Shown here piece by piece: positions 41,189 to 55,000 of a stretch of 64,000 bases of DNA (position 1 is its first letter; every line of letters starts with the position of its first letter). The stretch spans positions 149,668,001-149,732,000 of the forward strand of contig OZ024742.1 of assembly GCA_964016885.1 (NCBI GenBank). Direction: 5' to 3'. The notes beneath the pieces are model-generated. The model saw only the letters and a list, made by a program, of their open reading frames with translations, ran no database searches and had not been told where the DNA came from. The stretch is from Eledone cirrhosa (taxonomy: Eukaryota). Position numbers and translations under genes: made by a program.

Positions 41189-42306
41189 GTGAGGTGAAAT
41201 TGGTGTAATTATTGCTAAACTTTGAGAGATAAAAGTTATGGTATTGTGAACATACTTGCAAAATGAAGATAGTTTGTACAGAAGAGTGGTGATTGGAATT
41301 GAAATTGTATATGATGTATAGTATATATGGTAGGGAAAGATACAAAGTAAGGCTGGTTAGAATCAGATAGGTAGGTGTAACAAGTAGATTTGAATAGATT
41401 TGAGATGCCAGAACAAAGTTATTTCATTAACTTCAGTTGGTAGTTACTTTGATTATTCAAAGAACATTGAATGCTCAAACTTTGTCCACCTGCAATATGT
41501 TTTCCTGATGATTCATCTTATGGTGGTGCAATTCATAATGACAGACTCAAAAGATCAGCTATGATATTTCTGTTTGAAGAAGTAAATTATCTTTACCAAG
41601 CAAGCACCATACTAACTTCTAATAGTTAAACATAGTCAATGGTTGGTTCTTTGGCATGTAAGTATCTGGTTTAGAATAGACACACCATATCCTTACCTGT
41701 TGTAAGTATCAACTAAAAGGGTTGGTGTCAAAAATCCTGTCCAATCTATCCCAGCATAGAAAAGTTAACATAAAAACGATGGTGATGTATCAGATCATTA
41801 GTAAATAAATTAATTAGTTATATATCAGTGACGCTGACCATTAAGCTACTTCCTGCTCCATTTGTTCACATTTTGTGTTATTAAAATTAGAAGTTAATAC
41901 TATACCTGTTCAATATTGAATAATGATAATGAAAATTATTGTGTACAGTGCTTAGGGGCACTACAACTCATCAATGATACATGTAGAGTACATAGAATAA
42001 TTTACAAATGTCAGGAAAGTGAACAGTGTATGAGTCATGATATACACACAGAGACATGCGTGCATGTGTATGGAGGGGGAATATCAAGTGTTGCGTTGGT
42101 GAATTTTGGGAAAATACTTGTATATCAATCAAACTCACCAACAAGATGAAGAGAAAATTAAATGGGTTCTAATAATTTAGATTGTAGTTTCAAAAGAATT
42201 AACTCCTCCATGCTAATTAATAAGTCAATTTACATATAACAAACTGATCAACACAGTTCAATGTTATTTAGCCAGTACTTACATTTCTGCTCATAAACAT
42301 ATAGTA

Positions 42307-42469
42307 CAGTTGTTGGCAACCTTTTTCAAGCAGTGGGTCACATAGAATGTGGCTCATCATAATGTAGGCCACACTACTAAAAACTTCAAGACACTTTTGA
42401 AATTAGGCTTGTCATTCAGAAACCCAAATGGTCAAATGTGGCTCCCGGGCTGCAGTTTGCCCATGACTG
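42307..42469. mobile_element. hAT-type MITE
   Basis: Imperfect TIRs cagttgttggcaacct / agtttgcccatgactg; 8-bp flanks atatagta and ctatagca. Confidence 0.65.
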
Positions 42470-43360
42470 CTATAGCATACACTTAAATCTTTCCATTTAA
42501 GAAATTTCTTCAAAGATTACTAATGGATGCATAGTATCTGTCTCTCACTCTCTCCAGAATTTCATTCCTCTCTGAGACACTCACCTACATATGTCTTATA
42601 TTTATGCTAGAGTAATGAAGAACTACATTTTAATAATAATTCTGATCCTTTAGTCATTCTCCTAAACTTATCATTATTCTTGAGAAGTGTCTTCTATTAA
42701 CTATTATGCTCTAATTTTTGTATATATTTTAAAGATCTGGTAATTTCACTTATGTAAATTCATACTATCTGTTTTGAAATTGTTCTTTGAGAATTCAAAT
42801 TCCATTATTTTCCATTCTATAAGTACCTGAAGTACTAGATTGCCTCTCACTATCGAATTACATAGCTTAATTGCTTTGATATTTGTCTTCTGAGTAGTAA
42901 TTGGATCCTCACCCACATCAATTGTTTTCCTTGAGTGTATGCACACACATTTCTACAACTCTCTATCTAAGAAATTCCCCATAAATTTGTTTTTTTATGA
43001 AGGAGTTAATGCTTTATATGAAGAAAATAATCCAAGAGCAAACAAAACACACAAACAAACAAACAAAACCTGATTTCTCTTCAAGTTATCCATTATTTAA
43101 CTCATAAATAAGAATTATTTCAAAATGGCATACCATATAGTATTCCCAGTACTCAAATTTCAAAGTACAATGGTGACAAGCTGATGGCAAAATCTAGACA
43201 AGTGATTTACAAACAATCACAAAATTATAATTAAAAAATATGAAAAATAAAACTAAAAATTCCAAATATATATATACATTACTTAATTTATTGAACAAAG
43301 ATGTAAGTATTCATTTTCATAGTTTAAATTATTTATATATAAATTATTTCTAATATATAA

Positions 43361-43690
43361 ACATGACTTAGTGGTTAGAGCATTGGCCTTGCAATCGAAA
43401 GGTTGTGAGTTCAATTCTCAGACCAGGTGATGTGTTGTTTCCTTGAGCAAGACACTTTATTTCACATTGCTCCAGTTTACTCAGCTGTAGAAATGAGATG
43501 ATAGGGACTGGGGTCCCTATCATTCCACTGCAAAGTGGTCGTGGAGGTGCCATGGCAAATAAGCACCCAGCACTCACTGTAAATGAGGTTGGTGTTAGGA
43601 AGGGCATCCAGCTGTAGAAATCAAGCCAGAATCAGTTCCCGTCCCACACTTGCAAGCAGGGAAAAGTGGACGTAAAATGAAATGAAATGA
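43361..43690 (+). mobile_element. CORE-type tRNA-SINE (family B)
   Basis: Near-identical to 19121-19462; ends in an (aaatg)n tail. Confidence 0.9.
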
Positions 43691-45575
43691 AACAACATTT
43701 TTTAGATACATCTTTGCATATTTTTATTTGCTCTAAAGTGTGCCATGGATTGAAAAAGTTCAGGAAACAATATTCTTAATAATAATGATCCTTGAAAGAT
43801 TAAGAGTGAAAATGAAAATCAAGATTAAATTCCTGTATAACTGCATAAGTAGTAAATAAAACAAGTAGAAGCAACAGTAAAATTATATCCTGCCCACTGC
43901 CTATACAAACAATTGAGTCCTCTACCACAAACTTAAATTCCTCTGTGGAGCACCAAATTTTAAATGTTCTCTGCTCCATTCTGATATGTCAAGTACCTTT
44001 CCACTATTCTACCAGATATTTATTTGAACTTGACACGTTTTAAATCTTCATGATTACCACCAACCCCATGTCATCATTACTATCACCACTACAAGCATCA
44101 CCTCCGCTAACAGAAGCACTAAAGCCACTACCATTATCACCCTCAGCTGTTCCAAACTGCTATGAGTAGAGAAGTAAGACAGCAAACTCTCCATCTTATG
44201 TTGTTTTATCTGTGAGGTTTTCAGTCCATGCTGATTTTTGTTAGTTTCTTCTATTATGTAATAATGATGTATTTATCATTATATCCTTAGACTCTATCTC
44301 CTACCCATCTATTTATGTTACTGTTTTAATTTATCAATTATTAGTTTTCAACCAAAATATTTAGTTTTCCTTTCCGGAATGTTATTGAATACTGAAATCT
44401 GATATTTAAAAATATGATAATTTACATTTTTAATATTATGTTTTTAAATAGGGCAGTTGATTGTCAGAATTGTTAGAGCATTGAATGAAATGCTTTGCAG
44501 CCTTTAGTTATTGCCCTTTACATTCTGAGTTCAATTCCCACCAAGGTTATCTTTTCATGACATCGTCATGGGGCTGATAAAACAGAGTATCAGTAAAGTA
44601 CTGAAGTCGATTTAATTGACTTCCTCTGTCCACTAATTGCTGGCCTTGTGCCTAAATTAAACATCAATATTATATGCTTGAATATGTTGAAAATATGATT
44701 GAAACTTATTTTCACTATTGATAATGTAAAAGAGTAAATCAGTCAATTTACTTAGCCCTTCATCAATGATAGAAATTACTAGTTGATGATTTATTAACTC
44801 ATAATTTGAGTTCCATCACGCATTTTTAATATTCAAACAAAATACAAGCAAGTACTTGTGATGAATATTTTTGCTTTTTATTCTACAATTTTTCTCCATA
44901 TTTTCTATTACACACACTCACACATATGTATATTCATTTTGTATATACATTGACTTTTTTTTCATAAATTTCATTTTAGATAAATGACATTTTAAAAATA
45001 AATTCAAAGATATTGTTTTCACTGTTAAAGTTTCAAAAAATATGCGTTTGAACCAAATGAAGCTTAAGGCTTAGAAAGCTTTGTTGTAGAAAATATGTGA
45101 AAGTATTTTATGCAATGCATGCTGGGTTTTTAAGTGAAGGAATGGCTGACATGATATTTGGCTGAAGTTATCTAAACAATTCTCACAGACTCGATGATAT
45201 AACCTCTTTGAATGATGCAGTGAAATTACATTTTCCTTTTTTAATTATTTTTAATATAAATTTTTTTTCCTTTGCCCAATGTTTTTCCCCCTATTTTTAG
45301 TATAGTGAAATCTTTCTATGTAGCAGTAAATATGATAGATATTTTTTATTGTTTGATTTTTGTAGCAAATCTTGGCTAAATTACTGGAACCAGTGTGACG
45401 GCATCTTGCCTACATTTAAGTGTATGAAATTAAAAGTAAAAAAGAAATAATATAAATGAATAAGCACTACTAAAAAGAAAAAAAAATCATTCCATACAAG
45501 AAAACAAATATTCATTGATATGACTATCAATATTAATTTTATCAATACAATTATCATTATTATTATTTATTACTA

Positions 45576-45990
45576 TTTGGCAGAATCAGAGCATTGGACA
45601 AAATGCTTTGTGGTATTTAATTACAGCTCTTGATGTTCTGAGTCAAAATCATACCAAGCTCAACTTTACCTTTCATTCTTCAAAGGTCAATAAAATAAAT
45701 TACCAGTCACATACTAGGGTTAATTTAATCAACAATCTGCTTCCCCCAAATTGTTGGCCTTGTGCCAAAATTAGAAACCATTATTACTATTATTTATTTG
45801 GGCGGTGGATTGGCAGTATCGGTAGAGGGTCGGACGCCATGCTTTCCAGCATAGTTACGTCCCTTTACGATCTGAGTTCAAATCCCGCCGAGGTTGACTT
45901 TGCCTTTCATCCTTACGGGGTCGATAAAATAAAGTACCAGTAATGCACTGGGTAATTGCTGGCCTTGTGCCTAAAGTAGAAACAATTATT
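45576..45990 (+). mobile_element. Old family A SINE followed by an intact young copy (45800-45990)
   Basis: Full consensus gggcggtggattggcagtatcggtagagggtcggacgcc...cctaaagtagaaacaattatt. Confidence 0.9.
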
Positions 45991-46145
45991 ACTATTATTT
46001 ACATTAGGATTGTATAATTCAACAGTTTGCAAAATGTAAAATTGTTCATTTCATTTCCTGTTCAGTTTAGTGTCTCCTTTTAAAAAATGTTAATATTTTA
46101 CTGTATTCCCTCTTTTTAGAGTGAGCCAAAATAGCAAAACATTGT

Positions 46146-46351
46146 TTAACCCTTCTGGCAACCAAACTGCCTAAAATTGCCCCTGGTTAATTTTATGTAA
46201 AAGCCGTTTTAAGCTATGTTCCAAATACCAGCTTAATAATGAGGAAGTTAATTATATTTCTAAATCCCTTCAAATTCTTGATTATTTTCCAAGTAATTTG
46301 AAAATTATAGGCAGTGTCTTTCATTAGAAATATAGCAATGAAAAAGTTTAA
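46146..46351 (+). mobile_element. piggyBac-type MITE (TTAA-CCCTT end); related copies at about 5000-5250, 9660-9900, 15310-15530 and 52895-53127
   Basis: TTAA followed by ccctt at the left end and aaaaagtttaa at the right; internal block ccaaa.accagcttaataatgag.aagtt shared among copies. Confidence 0.55.
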
Positions 46352-46542
46352 TCTTTCTATTATCTGTACTGGCTTATCATTTTAGACTACAGTTTTTCCC
46401 TCACAAGTCTTTATAGATTAATTAGAGGTTTAAAGCAGTTTGAACAAGGAAAGATCCTCTCTGAGAAGGAAACAATCTGTTTTCACCTGTCTATGATTAC
46501 TAATCTCCTCGAATAAAATACATTTGAAATATTGATAATATT

Positions 46543-46733
46543 AATAATTGTTTCTACTTTTGACACAAGGCCAGCAATTACCCAGTACATTACTGGTACT
46601 TTATTTTATCGACCCCGTAAGGATGAAAGGCAAAGTGAACCTCGGCGGGATTTGAACTCAGACCGTAAAGGGACGTAACTATGCTGGAAAGCATGGCGTC
46701 CGACTCTCTACCGATACTGCCAATCCACCGCCC
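46543..46733 (-). mobile_element. Intact young family A SINE, inverted relative to 45800-45990 and 52426-52611
   Basis: Near-exact reverse complement of 45800-45990. Confidence 0.92.
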
Positions 46734-47345
46734 TTTGATAATATTAATAATAATAATAATAATTTATAGTAATATTTATTAATAATTTCTTTATTGGTCA
46801 CAATGGCTCGAGACATAGAAGACATCACAAAGGCAAAATACAATAATGATAATAATAATAATAATAATAATAATCGATTATAGTTATGATTATTCAATAT
46901 TGAATTTTTATTTTACCTATCAACTCTGTCCCAGATAAATTTGCGCTTTATGTATTTTTTTTTTGTTGTAAATAATCTTTAATATATTTTCATAAACACA
47001 CACACATACACAAAGTAAAAGTTTTTTTAAATACATTCAAAATGTTATGATTACTATGCAAATATCTTGACACTCTGACTTCATCAGATTCTATACTGAT
47101 AATCAATATATGTGAAACCAATTCAATTTATTGAAGAAATATCAATGATTCGTCCCCTTCACTCCGTTATTGTTCTTTTTTTTTATACTACACATCAGTC
47201 TTCTGTATCTGTCCCCCCACTCTCTCTTTCTGCTCTGATATGCCCGGCCCAGTCTCCCCACCCCTTTAATGGGACCCAGAATGTAGTAGATCCGCTGTTA
47301 CGTGAACCTGTCTACTAAGTATAACATAAGAACCTCTCTGCCCAG

Positions 47346-47441
47346 GCTGCCCGGCGAAGGCACGAGGAGGAAGAGAAGAAAAAGAAGGGCAAAAGAAAGG
47401 GTTTGGGTGGCCTGTCTCCAGAGAAGAAGAAACTACTCAAG
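47346..47441 (+). CDS. TnI: Troponin I exon (AARRRHEEEEKKKKGKRKGLGGLSPEKKKLLK), phase 0-0
   Basis: ctctctgcccAG acceptor and AAG|GTACTG donor. KGLGGLSPEKKK-LK matches the molluscan TnI segment leading into the TnC-binding helix (recalled from scallop TnI). Confidence 0.95.
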
Positions 47442-48764
47442 GTACTGCCATATCTGTTCAGCCCCTCTGGCTGTTGCAGACACTGTTGTTTTCACTGTAT
47501 TTTGTTCTGGTCACACTGTTTCCTGTTACTCTCATCAAAAGCAAGCAGCATGTGTTGTTGTTCTCTCCTTTAATTTTTATATATATAAATATTTACATTC
47601 ATTCTCTGCATGACTGAATGTTGGATCGTTTCCCTCTGCTTCATGACTCTTGTAGGTTTGGGACTAGTAGTGTGTGTGTGTGTGTTTAAGTTCACATACA
47701 CATGGACACACACACATGCATACACACATACACATGCATAATAATGGTGAATGCTGTAGAGTAGAAGGTAAGCTCCCAGCAAATTGAAACAAGTGACTTA
47801 TTAATTCTTTTTTTTTATCCCTGATTGAAGTTATTTCACTTCACTCAGTTTACTATTTCCTTCTTAGAAAATTATGGGCACAAAACGTCCTTCTCTCCCT
47901 CCCTCTCTGTTCAAACTCAATAAAATCAACTATTTCTTGGTGAATACCTCTGATTACAAAACCTAAAAATATTGACTCTGTATATTATGGCTACATATCA
48001 AATGATTAATATATAACATGTGTGCTGTCCACTACATCCCTAAATATTTGTTTGTTTAATAGTCTTAATGATGGCAACACTGTAGAACAACTGTAAACAC
48101 TTATACAAACAGATGGATATATTCTGTATCATTCTAATTCAAATAAGTGTTCAGTTTTTCTGTTTGATTTTATGCAAAATACATACAAAAAGAAAATATG
48201 ATACTACTGTTGATACACAAAAAAGAGCTGTTTGATCCACTCAACTTAGCTATAAATTTCTTAATAATGATTAAAAAGGTAACATTGTGGTTTAAGTACA
48301 AATATTAGCACAAGCTCTGCAGTTAATATGGAATAGTTATAGCTAGAAGGTTATACAGTGAAATTCATCGTAAATTGACACTTAGTCTTCACTAGGTATG
48401 CTATTTTAAGATGATCATCTCATTGGATGTTTCTATTGTATTAAATTGGTCATTAGAGCTACTCAACTTCAAATGTTCAACATTTTTCTAGCCACCACCA
48501 CATAAAACTGGATTATCTTTGTCTTTATATCTTCATGATCCTACCATCCATTTAACTATTACTTTTCTGTAATGACTGAAGATAGAATACACATACAAAC
48601 ACAAATATATATTATATAAAACAAATTAAGATGACAAATAAAAGTTCTTAAATCATTGAATTTAATTACAGTTGTTTCAATGCAACTTTCACTAAATACA
48701 TAACTAGGATGGACAAAATGTAATAAATAATAATAATAGTCGTAACAATAATAATAATAATAAT

Positions 48765-49885
48765 GATTTCATTTATTAGCCACAAGGGCCGACATGTAGG
48801 GGACAATACAAAGACAGGGACAGTGGGGGTTTACAATAAGGTCGAGTAAAAGTGCACAATGGCAAGACTAATTTAACAATGAAAATATAAAAATATAAAA
48901 TAAACTATGCATAAATATAACAAAATAAATTCCCCGATAGGGGGTGTACGACCCTGGGGTGCTTCAGGTACCCCACCAATCCTGAACCACCCTGCGCTTC
49001 TAGGGCACCCAGGGAGAGCACCCCTCTCCTCAAGTTAGCCAGCCTATAGGCGCATGGTCAGAGTAGGCCCATTCACACGAGCCATTCTCACCACATTCAT
49101 CCACCTTTTAGCAAATGTACTGGGGGGCAGCACTTCTCTCTCCACCCTCACCCTCCTTTCCAGGTGAAACTTGAAGAAGTTGATGAGGGATTGGCCGAAG
49201 AGAAAAATGTTTGTCTTTAGTCCTTTCAACCTGGTCCACCATATAATCTCTTTCGCAACTGCCACCAGACAGAGGAAAATGTCCTGCTCTTCCTGACCTA
49301 AGGAAGGTGGCGGCTCGATCTTCACTATGGACTCGGCCGATAGCCGGATTCGTTCCACATGCGACAGTAGCTGTTCGACATAACTCAACAAGTCAGTAAT
49401 GCACGGACATTGGACAAGTGCGTGCAAAACGGTTTCGTCGTTCTGTGCGCATCTTGGGCAGGTCCGTCTGACAGCACTTCCGTGCCTGTAGAGTTTATCC
49501 CGAACCGACAGTGCCCCCCGGTAGCACTGCCAAGCGAGGGATTTCTGGAAATTGTCCATCGTCCCTGGCTCAAAAGTCCTCCGGTACAGACTGGTCAGTT
49601 CGACTTCGTCGAGGCCTAAAGCTTCTCCGAGTGCGTCATCGCACTTGCCCACCACTAATCCTCTATAGAACTTGAGAGTGGAAGTTCCACTGATCGCATT
49701 GCCCGCTTGGTAGAGGGCAGTGAGTGCCTGGCAACATTCCAGGTGCCAGTCACCCAGTCTTGGTCTCTTCTTGACCCAGGACTGCAGCTCAGTCAAAGAA
49801 ATGAGCTGCGGAAAGGCTCGTCTGATAAACGGCGACCACACCTGTTCACCATTGAGGCAGAATATCTGGAGATGTCGCAGCCTCA
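48765..49885 (-). mobile_element. 5'-truncated L1/Tx1-clade LINE: ORF2 C-terminus with zf-RVT zinc knuckle plus 3' UTR
   Basis: ORF 49044-49898 contains LAWQCYRGALSVRDKLYRHG...CPRCAQNDETVLHALVQCP...AKEIIWWTR; GC-rich island with (aat)n at both junctions. Confidence 0.85.
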
Positions 49886-52425
49886 AATAATAATACAAGT
49901 ATGAGGAAAATTACATATATTTTACCATTAGTATGTATTTAAATAGGTATGTATTTCATTGGAAGACTGAAGAATCAATGTCAAGGAAAGATCCATTAAT
50001 GCGAGTAAAGGGAGCAGAACATTTTATCACTTTTATTCTACTTTTAAGATTCTCTTCCCTATATTTTTATTTGTAAAAGTATAAATACATTGAGACTAAA
50101 TTATCGCACTCACAATTTCACTTCAAATAACACCATGCATATGTTTTTCTTATATATGATTAAAAAATATCATTAAAATATATGTGCATATAAATGGACA
50201 AGCATATGTGTGTTTATGCATGTTTGATACAGCCATATAGTTACTTTCTACTTGTATTATATTATATATACATCATCATTTCACTTCTATAGATTTAAAA
50301 GATTTTATGCTTTGTATTCTTCCATACATTGTTAATACATTGAACTTTTTGGCATTGTGTAATAAACAGCTCTCATACCCAATTTTTTTAACTCCTATAT
50401 TATAATATATATATATATATATATATTTTTTTTAATTTTAAGCTGAAATTTTAGAAAATTTTTAAGCAATAAAAGAATAAATCAAATGTTCTTATGTTAT
50501 ACAAAATAAAATAACGTTGAATATGCACATTAATAATATACTAGGTTGTCCAGTATTCACTTGTAAGATATTTTGAAATATTTCAATAAGATGTTCAATT
50601 TATGATAGCAAAATTAGATAGTGATTTCAATTTATTTGTAGTGTGTATCTATATGGTATAAGGCTCTTTGGTGTTAGGCATTTAAAATATTTCAACAAAT
50701 ATTTTGATTTATGACAACAAAAGGATATTAGCTCTGAATGGATGTTTATGATAGAATTCCTCTGGAATAATATATTAATTTTTTTTTATATATATAAAGA
50801 CCACAGCCATCATTACCTGATTTACAAAGTTATATCATTTCCCAACTAGGTTTATAATTTGTTATATTGTTATTTCTTAAAAATTGTTTTATACTATTTT
50901 GTAAAATTAACTATATTGTTCTCCTGATCAAGACAAATAATTCTGCTTGATTTATTATACCTGATTGAATCCACTAGTGGCAAGTTGGCATATTTGTTAA
51001 GGCATTGGATTAAATGCTTTGTGGTATCATTTCCAGCTCTGTACATGCTGTCACCAGAAAAATGACTATGAGATGTAACTTCACATGGGTGAGCCATAAC
51101 AACATTTCATGTGATCAGTCTAAAATACCTGGGAGACAAAATAGTTTCTACTTTATTGTTGATAATATTTATTGTTAAGTGATTAGTGATTGGAAGAACA
51201 TCCAACAACAGCATATCCTTTTACTATTAAGGAAAATGTGATATAAAGTAAATTTAAAAATGAAATTCTAACCCAATATGATAATTATTTAGATACATAT
51301 TTGTAAACTCACGATACAAGCATCAAGAAAATATAAAGAGATAAATATTCATAAATTTCTTTCCTGAATTCAAACTGGTTAAGTTTATTTAAATTTTCTA
51401 CAATTGGCAAAAGAATGCAGATGGAAATGGTCAGTACTAATGCTTACATTAACTGCATGAATTAAGTAAGATCAATATTTTTTTTCTTCTTTCCTTCCTT
51501 CAAATCAATGATACAAACACCTATAAAACCTATGTATATAGTCACTCAACCTGCTAGAAAGAGCAGCCAAATTTTCCTCAAATTACATGATCATATTCTT
51601 AAAAAGGAAGATTATATTGGATAATGTAGTTCCCCACTGCTCAAATATAAAAACAGGATGGGTTGGTCAATGCTTCAATGTCTTTTAATCATAGTTCTGT
51701 TTCTTTAGTGTTGACTTGGGGTTAAACAGTGCTAACTCACTTTGTAACCCCTCAAAGCATATAAAACAGATGTCCTTCTTTCTTTGTCTGTAAGAAAGGT
51801 TTGTATTGACACACACACACACACACACACACACAATATAGTGTGTGTATGTACACATACATGTACATATATGATTATAAATACATGTATGTGTGTGTGT
51901 ATATCTACATATATGACTATAAATATATGTATGTGTGTGTGTATAAATGTTGATACATGTATGCATGTGAATATATAGCTAGGTAGTCTGAATGTGCTCA
52001 TAAAAGTTGAAATGTCAAATCCAGTGGCTCTTATTTCTTAGAAAAAATATAACCTATACTCTTCCCATATACATTGAGTACTCCTTCAATTATCTTATTG
52101 AGTTTGTGTATGATCTTTCATAAAACACCTACTGCAGTATATCCATATATATAAAGCTTCATATAATTTCATTTTATTTTTTAATGAGAATATCTTATAT
52201 TATTCTGCTCATCAAATATTGGAACATTAGCATTAATAAATAATGGAGCAATGTATAAAAAAAATACATCACTTTTTCCTCCATTTCCTTTTTCTTTATA
52301 TCTGTGTCTTTATAACACCCACTACACACATATATGTGAGTGTGTATATCTGGAGGGTGTTATATTTCTCAGAAATGCTCTCATCAAACTATTTTTTCTA
52401 TTGGAATCGTGTCTACTGATTATTA

Positions 52426-52611
52426 GTGGATTGGCAGTATCGGTAGAGGGTCGGATGCCATGCTTTCCAGCATAGTTACGTCCCTTTACAGTCTGAGTTC
52501 AAATCCCGCCGAGGTTAACTTTGCCTTTCATCCTTACGGGGTCGATAAAATAAAGTACCAGTAATGTACTGGGTAATTGATGGCCTTGTGCCAAAAGTGG
52601 AAACAATTATT
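52426..52611 (+). mobile_element. Young family A SINE; further copies at 53228-53298 (3' fragment) and 53668-53819 (internal deletion)
   Basis: Consensus match. Confidence 0.9.
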
Positions 52612-54651
52612 TCTGTTTTTAAGAAAACCAAAAGTTAGCCATCATACCTCGTCTATTTACATCAAATTTAGTCAAGGTTTCTCTGCTTGCCAAAATATGT
52701 AGTATTGAGATGAAACTAGCAATACTGTGGATGTGTCTGAGGATATATGAAGCAATATTGAATCAGTACTGTATATATGTGTGTGTTTGTATTAAAGAAA
52801 TGATGTTCTTTGACATTGGAGTAGTTGCTGGCATTCATCATGCTAGTCAGTGTGTGAAAAGGCAATTTTTTACAATTTCATTGCTTCATTTCTAATGATA
52901 GTTACTGCCTTTAATTTCCAAATAATTTTTTAAATAATCAAGAATTTGGAGTGATATAGTAATATAACTAACTTTCTCACTAAGTTGGTGTTTGGAGCAT
53001 AATCTAGGAAATGTTCTAACATAAAATTATGGTGAAAGGGATTTAGATTAATATAAACTCTTTAAAATAAACAGTTTAGTATTGTAGAACCAGGAGTAGT
53101 TTCACACAGTTTGATATCTAAAGGGTTTATGTTTGTGGAAAGCTTTCCTTCATGCCACTCTGACTGTATCTTCATCCACAACATTCTACATGTTTTCCAT
53201 GTTGTACTCACTTCTCACATACATTATTAGGATAAAATAAAGTACCAGTAATGCACTGGGTAATTGCTGGCCTTGTGCCTAAAGTAGAAACAATTATTAG
53301 TTGTTAGTAAATGAACACTGTATGAGATTGTCATTCCTAAGTCATCTAAGAACTTTACTAGGGGACTTAGATTCTTATTAAGTGAGAGGTCACTTTTACG
53401 GGCAGTAACTTTAATGAACAGACTTAAACATTTTCCATATTTTGGCAAAGTATGTTAGTGTGAGAGAAAGGGCTAGATAGTAGGTATGTGTCTTTATATA
53501 TCAGAGCTTTGTGTGGGTTTCCAACCCTTGCTAGCAAATGGACGTTAAATGATAATGCACACAAGATTGTCTGTATGCAATTCTTGACTAATTTAAATGT
53601 TGAAGTTAGTTACGCTGTAAGTTTGTAAAGAAAGCAGATGTTAGTAGTCATCTAACTAAATAGGATTAGGGTAGGACGCCATGCTTTCCAGCATAGTTAC
53701 GTCCCTTTACGATCTGAGTTCAAATCCCGCCGAGGTTGACTTACGGGGTCGATAAAATAAAGTACCAGTAATACACTGGGTAATTGCTGGCCTTGTGCCA
53801 AAAAGTAGAAACAATTATATTTAATTTATTTTTATCAATCAATAGTTTTATGATCCTAAATTGCATTGTTGCTGTAGTTTCCATCTGTGGTACATTTTCA
53901 AGACATTTATTTAAACTATTTTCAAGTTATTAAAAAATCATTCAGGAATGTAATATTTCTAGAAAAGGAAAAGAAAATGTTTTAGGAAAGAAAAATATAA
54001 TTTATTTTACATTCATGTCTTATTTGACTGTAGAATTATGTTCTAATTGCACTTTATCATTTTTGGTCTTGTGTTTTCTTGGTTGTAATTTTATATATGA
54101 GGCTCTTCCCATATCAAATGAACTAGCCTCCACATGATCGCTTGACTTGCTAGAAATACCAGCCAAATCTTTCTCAACTTACATCTACCATACTACCAAA
54201 GAAAGGACACATTAGACAATGAATTCACTGATATGTAAAAAAGGTGGGATAGTCGTGGCTGGAAATCCTTTGAAAATAGATCTTCTATGTCAGAGCTAGT
54301 ATAGGATAAGCAACAACATCACTAGTAACAATCTATCGTATATGAAATTGAGACTCAAATACTCCAACAAACTACATAATTGTTGTTGCAATCAAGATTG
54401 GTTTCTCTCAGTTAAATATCCAGATATCACTTCCATCATGTAAGTTGTAAGGCGTTGTTACCATACAACTCTTTATTCTGCACCTTGAATATTAGATATC
54501 TATACATGCTTTCTTCATGTTGAATATGCTGAGGGCTTTTTTACAACTGGGTCAAACTCCTGTCACAAACATATGGCAAAATATTTTGCAGATTTGACCA
54601 CATCCTGCTTAAATCTATCTTCTCATGGGATACAAATGAGAAGATGGGCAT

Positions 54652-54690
<39 letters not shown>

Positions 54691-54693
<3 letters not shown>

Positions 54694-54765
54694 GTAGAGC
54701 ACTCAGTCCATGGGATGAGTTAGGTAGAAGTGGTTACACAACTAACTGTTGTGTAACCACTTCTA
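54691..54765. repeat. Short insert in a TA run ending in an 18-bp perfect hairpin (54725-54765)
   Basis: tagaagtggttacacaac-taact-gttgtgtaaccacttcta. Confidence 0.75.
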
Positions 54766-54960
54766 TATATATATATACACAGTAAGAAGAGCACTGCCTT
54801 ATTTAACTTTTTTTTTTCCTGATTCCTTTTGAAGCAATTCTGTGTATTTGTGTGTCTCCATGTACTTCTGTTATCATCAATTGTAAAGCAACATACATTT
54901 TTTTTATTTCTCATTTTATTTTGTCATCCCATTGCTTATGCATTCATCAACAAATAACAG

Positions 54961-55000
54961 CAAATATTTTACACCAACGACACACACCTTATCATCTTAG
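54961..55000 (+). CDS. Possible 40-nt exon (QIFYTNDTHLIIL-G), phase 0 in and phase 1 out; alternatively the end of a non-coding first exon
   Basis: taacAG preceded by about 70 nt with no AG and pyrimidine-rich; strong TAG|GTAAGC donor at 55001; bridges exon 47441 (phase 0) to exon 58997 (phase 1) in frame. Confidence 0.4.

Noticed and set aside
49044-49898. Host gene nested antisense in the TnI intron
   Set aside because: It is the zf-RVT C-terminus of a 5'-truncated LINE; the start comes from flanking sequence.
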